Assembly: GCF_021869535.1 (NCBI RefSeq) | Contig: NW_026262701.1 | Span: forward strand, 37,386,001-37,450,000 | Direction: 5' to 3' | Length of the DNA stretch: 64,000 nucleotides | DNA from: Mytilus californianus | Lineage: Eukaryota | Shown here: one piece after another, positions 35,765-46,587 of the stretch | How the letters are laid out: each line of letters starts with the position of its first letter | Numbering within the stretch: the stretch's first letter is position 1 | Translations under genes and position numbers: made by a program | Notes under the pieces: model-generated | What the model was told of the DNA's origin: nothing | Databases searched by the model: none | Seen by the model: the letters and a program-made list of their open reading frames with translations, nothing else

Positions 35765-37875
35765 TCCTGAAATAATACAATCATAGATACTTTAGGGACA
35801 TATATTTCAAGGAAAAGTCAGAAAATTCCAAGCATATTTAACCTATACTTTTATGAGAAGATCATGCACTACCATAACTGAAATAAAATTAAAAAGATTA
35901 AGAATAAAAATTGAACAAACAAAGTTGTAGAGTTATAAACCTCGATACATAAAAATAAGGAAAGGTTAGACGTTTTTGTTCTCTCTAAGCCAAGTCTGGT
36001 TAGTAGTTTCTGTTCTCTCTAAGCCAACTCTAAATGAAGCAACACACATACTATTTTCATTATGTGATATCCGTTGAAATCAGTAGAAAAGTTAAAAATT
36101 CCTGTGAGTGAGGCAAGATGGTAAATAGTTTGTCTTCTTAGGTAACATACTGCCTCGGCTTTATTTTGTGTATTTGAAATTCATCTGTTAAACTGTATTT
36201 TGAAACATACGTGCAACTGCATATCTATTCCAATATGTACCAAGAAAACTGCATAAAAAGCTGATTTCACAGATATTTTTACAGTTAATCTTTTATGCAT
36301 ATCGATTGAAAAACTATGTACACAGCTGCAGCGGCATAATTTTATTTTTTTTCCATGTTCTTAATTTTGTGATGTTTCAAGGCACTATACATTTTCCTGA
36401 TCTCTCTAATACCATTAAACATATGAACTTCAATGAATATCGTAATGAAGAAAACCAATATTGCTATAATTTTTCAAAAATATTATCTTTTACACATTCA
36501 TACCTGCGTTTTGATTAACCGTTGAAGTAATTAATAAATACGCTAGAACTGAGCACACCACGAGAATGACAACGCCATACTGAAACCAAATTCTTAAGCT
36601 GCTTACATTGGCCATTCAGCTATTGATAAATAAGACAAGTAAATGCTTTAGTAACAAAACAAGAAATACGCAAGTGTTGCAAAAAATCGGGATTTCCATT
36701 TTTAATTTACCCATAACAAAAAGAACAAAAAAGCGGTCTTCCCGGTGGCTGACTTTCTTTTCTTTTAATATCTATACATTCTTAAAACATGTACAACCGA
36801 TCCCCAGCTGAGGGTTAAATAAAAGGTTTCAAAAGAGGTTGAAATATTGACTTGCAAGCCAACAATACATCATTGAGGTCTATGAGCTTATTTTGACTCC
36901 TTATAGCGAAATATTATAAATGTTTGAAACAAAAGAAAATCATACTTCAAATTCTTGTTTTAATCGTATCTAATGTCCCATCTCAAAGTATTTATGAATG
37001 CTGAGTAATTTAGTTCTACAAGTCTACATGTCTGCAATTGCATAGCATATCCTTTCAAAATATAAAGCAAAATTTACCTGAAGCTATACGATCCATATAG
37101 TTATATATAAATAATAATTTGTCTAGCATCAACAAGTGATATAAAAGAATAATTATTCGTTATAGCTGAAAAAGTTATTTGAATAACTGTCGATTTAAAG
37201 AGACCATTGAATGAAATTTACTATGCCTCTATTATTCATTTCAAATAATTGAAATGATATTTCTTACTAACGACACATTCTGATCAAAAACCAGATCAAT
37301 CTATATTTGTATATGATAAAATATTCACCTCCATAATCAAAATGGACAATGATTATTAAGACAGTTTAATTCAAGGATTCCATTTTTGACAGTTATCATC
37401 CCCCTTTTTAGCAGGACCAATCTTAAGGGAGTCTTGTTGAAAGAAAGATGTATAGATAAGTAGCCATGGTCAATCGGCATGAGGTGTTAAACAAGGCCTC
37501 GTGCTTGAAGAATGCTCTTTGCGCGTTAAAGAAATTTTGCAACAATGCAACATCTCTCGGAGTAGTCCATATGTGACCTGTTGTAAAGCTACGTTTCTGC
37601 ACCTATCCAACATTATCATATCCTCTTTGCCGTAGTCCAAACTGAATTTCCGACACTGCTTTGCAGAACCTACTTATAAAAACTGTAGATATATGGGAAA
37701 TTACCAAACAAGGACCCAGATAGCCGGACTTGATATAGATACAAATATGGCGGGGTTTAACAAACCTTATGTCATAACATATAAACTTAATGTATTGCTT
37801 TTGTTTTCGTCCTGAATATTTATGAAACATTTACCACTGGCGTTTAGTAAACGTCAAACAATGAATCAATATTTT

Positions 37876-38059
37876 CAGAGGCAGATTGGGGGGGGGGGGG
37901 GGGGTGGGGGGGGGGTGGGGGGCGTCTACCCCCCCCCCTTTTTGTGAAAAAAAATTTGGTTATATAGAGAATCACTGAAGCATGACTGGAGCGGGCACCC
38001 TCTTAGGCAGTCGGTGCCCCCCCCCCCCCCTTTTATGAAAATTTCTGGATCCGCCACTG
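37876..38059. mobile_element. Same CAG...CTG MITE family, with expanded G/C homopolymers
   Basis: Shared internal gaatcactgaagcatgactggagcggg core; TSD atttt/attct. Confidence 0.75.
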
Positions 38060-39007
38060 ATTCTAAAAACATAATGATACTATATTTTCATTTTCTATAC
38101 ATTGCCAAATTATAATTCAAGGTGGTTAAAACTGTATTTTTGCTTTGAGTACTTAAAAAAATAATTAGATGGACATCACAAACCACAACACAAATTTAGT
38201 TGGGAGTAAAGCTATGTATTACCGTTCAGATACGAAATAGTTCTACTAGTATTTGAGTTTATCAATTCAACGAAGCTGCATGAATAAGGGGTGGTGGAAA
38301 TTGTGGTGCACCCGGCGTCCACTTCCATAGTCATCACTCAGAAACAAATTGAAATGCATCCAACTGATAATTTTTTACATGTGCTTTAAGAAAAGTTTGA
38401 CTTCATATCTGGAACTGAAATGGTTCCCACTGCTTCACGTTTGTTTTCAACATTTTGTCATTGTATGAATTACCGTCTGGGTAAAAATTGCCAAAGCGAT
38501 ATAAGCGTCAGGTCACATAGAAGATTCATTAATTCATTGTATCTATATTTGAGAATCTAGCTCTAGTTACTTCTCAATGTGTTATCAAAGGGTTTCTATG
38601 ACTCATCTTTTTATTATAATATTTAAATGAAAACATTGTCTATGACCAAATCCAGAATTATATAGTGATCAAGATTCAATGCAAAACAAGGGATTTAAAA
38701 CTTACGACTGCTTGTCTGAGCACATCAATGCGTACATTCCCGAATTAGACTTTTATGAAGGTATTGGTGCTCGGGTGGAAAAGGGGGGGGGGGGGGTTAC
38801 GGAAGAGTCGCTGGAATAGTAAGTGCGCGATTTCAAGCTTCATGATATATGAAAAGGTCAAGAAATTGAGGTGAAATATCAGATATCGATTTTTCACAGA
38901 TGCTATCAAAACCAGTCGTAAAATACACCTTTTTGTCAAATCTATTTATCTCACCATGCAATAGCGTAATCCTGTAAAAGTTAGGTATATTTTTTGTCAA
39001 AAATTTA

Positions 39008-39110
39008 TGATTTGGTATGCATTTTTGCTATTCAAAATATATGATTTGGTATGCATTTTTGCTATTCAAAATATATGATTTGGTATGCATTTTTGCTATT
39101 CAAAATATAT
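39008..39110 (+). repeat. 34-bp tandem repeat; 3 copies here, 2 copies in duplication copy 2
   Basis: Unit atgatttggtatgcatttttgctattcaaaatat. Confidence 0.9.
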
Positions 39111-39459
39111 GAATAGGGCGGGGTACTGGGTATGTCAGCTGCTCAGAAAAGGATTTAAGTGCCCTCCCCCGAAGTATTGACATCATCATCCATAATTCTC
39201 AAAGCTGAGGTTTGCTTCCAGTAACTGTGAGCATATATTGTTGATTGTGTACATGCTTAGACAAATACGAGTATTGACTAGCTACTGCAAGAATTGATAT
39301 GCTATTCCGCAGTTCTTGTGTTGCATTAACATTAAAGTTGCATATAAAAAAGCGTTGCATACATCTGCTTGACAGAAAATCAAAATCCTTACCTCCTTCT
39401 TATGTGTATGACCTGTCATTGAATATGACCATATGTTACTTGCTACCGGTCACTGCATA

Positions 39460-40570
39460 TGTGACCAACACATCAGTTGTCACTAGGGGAACTATCTTGT
39501 TCCTCTTCCTATTTGTATATCAGGTCACTGTATGTGACCAGGTGTTACTTGTTTCGAGCAAAACTACAGGTGCCACCAGAGGAGATATCCTGAGCCAAAC
39601 ATAAAATTAAAATTGTTTGACGTTGCCTACCTACCCACATAAAAAGCCTACCTTAATTATTTTGTTTAACTTTTTTTCATTCTCTAATGTTGTTTTGTCT
39701 AAAATATGTAATTTATGTTGTTGGTCAAAAAAAAATCCCTACCTACCTACCCAATTCCCTACAAGGTATGGGTAGGCAACATCAAACAAAGATTATGTTA
39801 ATGGTGGCCCTGTCCTCTTTCTATATGCATTACCTGTGATTGTATGTTACAAGATGTTACTTGTTAATATGAACAACACAACAGGTGCCACCAGTGGAAA
39901 TATCCTGTCTTCCTTCCTATGTGCATTACCTGTGATTGTATGTTAACAGATGTTACTTGTTAATATAAACAACACAACAGGTGCCACCAGTGGAGATATC
40001 CTGTCTTCCTTCCTATGTGCATTACCTGTGATTGTATGTTACCAGATGTTACTTGTTAATATGAACAACACAACAGGTGCCACCAGTAGAGATATCCTGT
40101 CCTCCTTCAGACAGTTCACTTGCAGTCAATTTAGATCTGTTCAGTTCATGTTCAGACTATTCAGTAGATGTTATTAAACTGTACACATCAACATCAAACT
40201 GAATTGTCTGAAAAGTTACTGAACTGGATTGAATTGACTGCAAGTGAATTGTCTGAACAATACCGAAATGGATAAGTCTGAAAATAGAATGAAAGAGGGA
40301 ACAGGACTGAAACATTAATTGTTCAGACTTCTCAGATGGTGTTAAGATCAAGATGACTGTTTAAGACTAAAATATATTTACAAGTGCTTTTTATGAGCAA
40401 CACAACAGGTGCCACCAGTGGAGATATCCTAGCCTCCTTTCTATGTGTATGACATGTCAATGAATTTGATCAGATGTTACTTGTTACGAGAACCACAACA
40501 GGTGACACCAGTGGAGCTATCTTGACATCCTTTCTTTGTATATGAACCGTCACTGCATGTGACCAAATGT
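39460..40570 (+). repeat. Degenerate ~95-bp minisatellite (acaacaggtgccaccagtggagatatcc...); duplicated at about 43370-44520
   Basis: The motif caggtgccaccag recurs many times with graded divergence. Confidence 0.8.
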
Positions 40571-40645
40571 TCCTTGTTGTGGGCAACATAACATGTGCCA
40601 CCAGTTGAGCTGGACCTGTTTAGTCTCTGAGGAACCTGAGTTTAC

Positions 40646-40803
40646 CAGAGGCGGATTTAGAGGGTTTTCCAAGGGGCCCGGGCCCCCCTTTTGTGGGGAA
40701 AATTTGGTTGACTATTAAGGGAATCACTGAAGCATGACTGGAGCGGGCACCCTCTAAGGCAGTCAGTGGGCCCCCCTTATGAAAATTTCAGGATCCGCCA
40801 CTG
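40646..40803. mobile_element. Same CAG...CTG MITE family (duplicate at 44565-44722)
   Basis: TSD TTTAC/TTTAC in both duplicated copies; inserted into an older dispersed repeat. Confidence 0.8.
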
Positions 40804-42209
40804 TTTACCCCTTTTTGGGGTGGGGTTCATGTTGCTCAATTATTAATTTTTTGTGTAAAGTTTTGTGGACTGTGGTTTGTTCTTTTTCTTTTGTCCATCG
40901 TGTTGCCCGACTCTTTTGCATATCTAGACCATATAGTTGATTACATACCATTTTTTTACCATAGAAATTATTACCATTGGCAACAATGTTACTGATGGAA
41001 AGAAAGTGATTTGTAAGAATACTCTGTTATGGTAGTACCTGCTTTTATTTGTCTGTATTACAGATTCAACAGCTTATTAATCTCCAAAGAGATGAAAAGA
41101 TAATACACCTTGTACATTTGTTTTTTCTTTCATCGTAAGATTAATTAAATTTTAAAATAGGGTATGCCTTTTATCTTGAAATGTATTTAACTGTTGTCCA
41201 ATATGATAACTTATAATCAAAAGAGGCACAAAAATAAGCTTAAACAAGCATTCTGAGAGTATTGAATGGCAATACATAGTCCCTTATCCGTTAAAATTCA
41301 TTGTACTGGAACAAAATGCTAACTTGATCTATAACTTGTCATGGTGTTAACTATATAACAAATATCAAGTCAATATCTTCAAGCATGATGAAAAAAAGTG
41401 TGGAAAACTGATTATTTAAGTGAATTTTCTATGTCCAAGGACCATAACTCTGCACAAAATCATCAGACCAGAACAGAATTAGAACTTGATCTGTAACTTG
41501 TCATGATAAAACTATATACCAATTATCAAATAAATATATTCAAGCATGACAGAAAAAAATGCGGAAAACTGATTATTTGAGTGAATTTTCTAAGTCCAAG
41601 GACCATAACTCTGTACAAAATCATCAGACCGAACAAAATTCAAACTTGATCTGTAACTTGTCATGATAAAACACTACACCAAATATCAAATCAATATCTT
41701 CAATGACGAAGAAAAAATTGTTGCAAACTGATTTGCCGGACTGACGGATGAACAGACAGACAGATGGAAGGACAGAGTGCAAACCTAAAGTCCCCTTCTA
41801 CTTCGTCAGTAAAGGTATTCTTTTATTTTTATTCTAAAGGACCAATGACAAACTAGCCCAAATTTGAGGTGATATACTTTAAGGCATAATATCTGAGTAT
41901 TTCCAATATGCCTAAGTAAAGCATTGTTTACCAGTGGCAGCTAATAGTATCTATCCCTTATCATTATCATTTATATTTCAGACCCTGTTACCAGTAACTG
42001 ATATCTTAGTAAATTTGTTCTCATCTTGAATAAGTGTGAAACATTTGCCTCTGGATATAACCCAAACAACAATATGGACAATTATGTTCATTTCATAAAT
42101 TCAGGACCTTCACTCCTTTCAATGGAAAATCTATTGTGTTTTATCACTGGTATAGATGATTTTAAAAGATAAACAGTTGTCTTAATTTTTTATTTTAACC
42201 AATCTCATT

Positions 42210-42738
42210 TTATCGTCTATTATTTCTGAAATTATAATCTTCATAGTCAACATCATAATCCTGGTAAGATTCATTGTTATCCTTGTCATATCTAGAATCA
42301 CTTTCTTCAAAAAAGTCAGAATATTTTTTATTAGATCTTTTTTTCCATTTTTTCAAAATGTTTCCTTTTGTTAACTTTTCCTTTCCATCTTCCGATGAAG
42401 ATTCTGATCCGTCCATTGTTTGAAATCTAGCACTTACAAAAGATTTAAACTCATGGTCATTTGCTGGTTGTCTATGTTTCAACTTGTGCTTTGAAACTTC
42501 TATTTTTTTCATTAGAAGTGCATGGTTTAATCCATATAAATCATCTCTGTACTGATTAAATATGTTGTAATCTAAATCAGTTCTATAATTAGATTTAGCC
42601 TCATTTTGACATTTTGCAATCTCAGCTTCAATTTTTTGTGTATTATTAGATTCCATATGTACAACTGGGGTATCTCCAACATCAAATCTCTCTCTGATTT
42701 CTTGTAGTTTGTCTGTTCTATGATTATTACTTTGTATT
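42210..42738 (-). pseudogene. Duplicated, 5'-truncated fragment of the RBFA last exon
   Basis: Near-identical to 46588-47113, but fused at 42738/42741 to unrelated sequence. It lacks the splice acceptor and the PPIVF...ADFG segment. The track ORF begins at a chance TTG. Confidence 0.85.
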
Positions 42739-45700
42739 TGTACGGAAGAGTCGCTGGAATAGTAGGTGCGCGATTTCAAGCTTCATGATATATGAAAAGG
42801 TCAAGAAATTGAGGTGAAATATCAGATATCGATTTTTCACAGATGCTATCAAAACCAGTCGTAAAATACACCTTTTTGTCAAATCTATTTATCTCACCAT
42901 ACAATAGCGTAATCCTGTTAAAGTTAGGTATATTTTTTGTCAAAAAATTATGATTTGGTATGCATTTTTGCTATTCAAAATATATGATTTGGTATGTATT
43001 TTTGCTATTCAAAATATATGAATAGGGCGGGGTACTGGGTATGTCAGCTGCTCAGAAAAGGATTTAAGTGCCCTCCCCCGAAGTATTGACATCATCATCC
43101 GTAATTCTCAAAGCTGAGGTTTGCTTCCAGTAACTGTGAGCATATATTGTTGATTGTGTACATGCTTAGACAAATACGAGTATTGACTAGCTACTGCAAG
43201 AATTGATATGCTATTCCGCAGTTCTTGTGTTGCATTAACATTAAAGTTGCATATAAAAAAGCGTTGCATACATCTGCTTGACAGAAATTCAAAATCCTTA
43301 CCTCCTTCTTATGTGTATGACCTGTCATTGAATATGACCATATGTTACTTGCTACCGGTCACTGCATATGTGACCAACACATCAGTTGTCACCAGGGGAA
43401 CTATCTTGTCCCTCTTCCTATTTGTATATCTGGTCACTGTATGTGACCAGGTGTTACTTGTTTCGAGCAAAACTACAGGTGCCACCAGAGGAGATATCCT
43501 GAGCCAAACATAAAATTAAAATTGTTTGACGTTGCCTACCTACCCACATAAAAAGCCTACCTTAATTATTTTGTTTAACTTTTTTTCATTCTCTAATGTT
43601 GTTTTGTCTAAAATATGTAATTTATGTTGTTGGTCAAAAAAAAATCCCTACCTACCTACCCAATTCCCTACAAGGTATGGGTAGGCAACATCAAACAAAG
43701 ATTATGTTAATGGTGGCCCTGTCCTCTTTCTATATGCATTACCTGTGATTGTATGTTACAAGATGTTACTTGTTAATATGAACAACACAACAGGTGCCAC
43801 CAGTGGAGATATCCTGTCTTCCTTCCTATGTGCATTACCTGTGATTGTATGTTAACAGATGTTACTTGTTAATATGAACAACACAACAGGTGCCACCAGT
43901 GGAGATATCCTGTCTTCCTTCCTATGTGCATTACCTGTGATTGTATGTTACCAGATGTTACTTGTTAATATGAACAACACAACAGGTGCCACCAGTGGAG
44001 ATATCCTGTCCTCCTTCAGACAGTTCACTTGCAGTCAATTTAGATCTGTTCAGTTCATGTTCAGACTATTCAGTAGATGTTATTAAACTGTACACATCAA
44101 CATCAAACTGAATTGTCTGAAAAGTTACTGAACTGGATTGAATTGACTGCAAGTGAATTGTCTGAACAATACCGAAATTTACCGAAATGGATAAGTCTGA
44201 AAATCGAATGAAAGAGGGAACAGGACTGAAACATTAATTGTTCAGACTTCTCAGATGGTGTTAAGATCAAGATGACTGTTGAAGACTAAAATATATTTAC
44301 AAGTGCTTTTTATGAGCAACACAACAGGTGCCACCAGTGGAGATATCCTAGCCTCCTTTCTATGTGTATGACATGTCTACGAATTTGATCAGATGTTACT
44401 TGTTACGAGAACCACAACAGGTGACACCAGTGGAGCTATCTTGACATCCTTTCTTTGTATATGAACCGTCACTGCATGTGACCAAATGTTCCTTGTTGTG
44501 GGCAACATAACATGTGCCACCAGTTGAGCTGGACCTGTTTAGTCTCTGAGGAACCTGAGTTTACCAGAGGCGGATTTAAAGGGTTTTCCAAGGGGCCCGG
44601 GCCCCCCTTTTGTGGGAAAAATTTGGTTGACTATTAAGGGAATCACTGAAGCATGACTGGAGCGGGCACCCTCTAAGGCAGTCAGTGGGCCCCCCTTATG
44701 AAAATTTCAGGATCCGCCACTGTTTACCCCTTTTTGGGGTGGGGTTCATGTTGCTCAATTATTAATTTTTTGTGTAAAGTTTTGTGGACTGTTGTTTGTT
44801 CTTTTTCTTTTGTCCATCGTGTTGCCTGACTCTCTTGCATATCTAGACCATATAGTTGATTACATACCATTTTTTTACCATAGAAATTATTACCCATTGA
44901 CAACAATGTTACTGATGGAAAGAAAGTGATTTGTAAGAATACTCTGTTATGGTAGTACCTGCTTTTATTTGTCTGTATTACAGATTCAACAGCTTATTAA
45001 TCTCCAAAGAGATGAAAAGATAATACACCTTGTACATTTGTTTTTTCTTTCATCGTAAGATTAATTAAAGGTTAAAATAGGGTATGCCTTTTATCTTGAA
45101 ATGTATTTAACTGTTGTCCAATATGATAACTTATAATCAAAAGAGGCACAAAAACTAGCTGAAACAAGCATTCTGAGAGTATTGAATGGCAATACATAGT
45201 CCCTTACCGGTTAAAAATTCATTGTACTGGAACAAAATGCTAACTTGATCTATACAATTGTCATGGTGTTAACTATATAACAAATACCAAGTCAATATCT
45301 TCAAGCATAATGAAAAAAGGTGTGGAAAACTGATTATTTGAGTGAATTTTCTAATTCCAATGACCATAACTCTGCACAAAATCATCAGACCAGAACAAAA
45401 TTCGACCTTGATCAGTGACTTGTCATGATAAAACTATGTACCAATTATCAAATAAATATCTTCAAGCATGACGAAAAAAGGGCAGAAAACTGATTATTTG
45501 AGTGAATTTTCTAAGTCCAAGGACCATAACTCTGCACAAAATCATCAGACCGGAACAAAATTCAAACTTGATCTGTAACTTGTCATAATAAAACAATACA
45601 CCAAATATCAAATCAATATCTACAAGGACGAAGAAAAAAGTGTGGAAAACTGATTTGCCGGACTGACTGATGGACAGACAGACAGATACATGACGGACAG

Positions 45701-46085
45701 AGTGAAAACCTAAAGTCCCCTTCTACTTCGTCGGTAGGGGACTAATAAAGGTATTCTTTGTTTTTTATTCTAAAGGACCAATGACAAACTAGCCCAAATT
45801 TGAGGTGATATACTTTAAGGCATAATATTTGAATCTTTCCAATATGCCTAAGTAAAGCATTGTTTACCAGTGGCAGCTAATAGTATCTATCCCTTATCAT
45901 TATCATTTATATTTCAGACCCTGTTACCAGTAACTGATATCTTAGTAAATTTGTTCTCATCCTGAATAAGTGTGAAATATTTGCCACTGGATTTATACCA
46001 AAACAACAATATGGACAATTATGTTCATTTCATAAGTTAAGTTCAGAACCTTCACTCCTTTCAATGGAAAATCTATTGTGATTTA

Positions 46086-46515
46086 CCGTATAGCGGGTTA
46101 TTTTCACGGGTGTAAAATTTCGCTATTCAGGGACAATAAAGTGTACGAAAAATTTTGGCAGTTTTTATTTTGGCGGAGTCTTTAATCACAATTAAATATT
46201 TTGGCGGATACTGAAATGGTTGCAGTTAAAAAATTGTTAAATTTGACAAACAAGGGTCTATTATTATGTAACCAAATCAACTAATTAACACCTGACAACC
46301 AGTGAACAATGACATTTGGAATTGATGTTGGTTAAATTAACATAAACCGTTATTGATTCGTAGAATAGAAAACAATAAATAGTTTACAAAACGCTTTAGC
46401 TATTAGAAAGTATCGAACGTATGCATAAATTTTCGCGGAATTTATTTTCGCGATTTCCCCTGACCTGCCAAAATAAGCGAAAATAAACACCCCGCGAAAA
46501 TAACCTGCTATACGG
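46086..46515. mobile_element. TA-flanked Tc1/mariner-type MITE present only in duplication copy 2
   Basis: ta|ccgtatagcgggttattttc ... gaaaataacctgctatacgg|ta. The empty site is visible in copy 1 near 42140 (tattgtgttttatcactgg). Confidence 0.88.
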
Positions 46516-46587
46516 TATCACTGGTATAGATGATTTTAAAAGATAAACAGTTGTCTTGATTTTTTATTTTAACCAATCTCATTTTTA

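Noticed and set aside
37480-37680. Possible coding exon on the minus strand (SAKQCRKFSLDYGKEDMIMLDRCRNVALQQ...)
   Set aside because: No recognisable homology, no clear donor before the stop codon, and it cannot be joined to a neighbouring gene from sequence alone.
37886-37940. Long G/C runs as a functional G-quadruplex
   Set aside because: They are homopolymer expansions inside a common MITE whose other copies have short runs, and their lengths may be sequencing error.
42210-42779. 189-aa ORF as an independent gene
   Set aside because: It starts at a chance TTG across the duplication junction and is only the truncated copy of the RBFA last exon.
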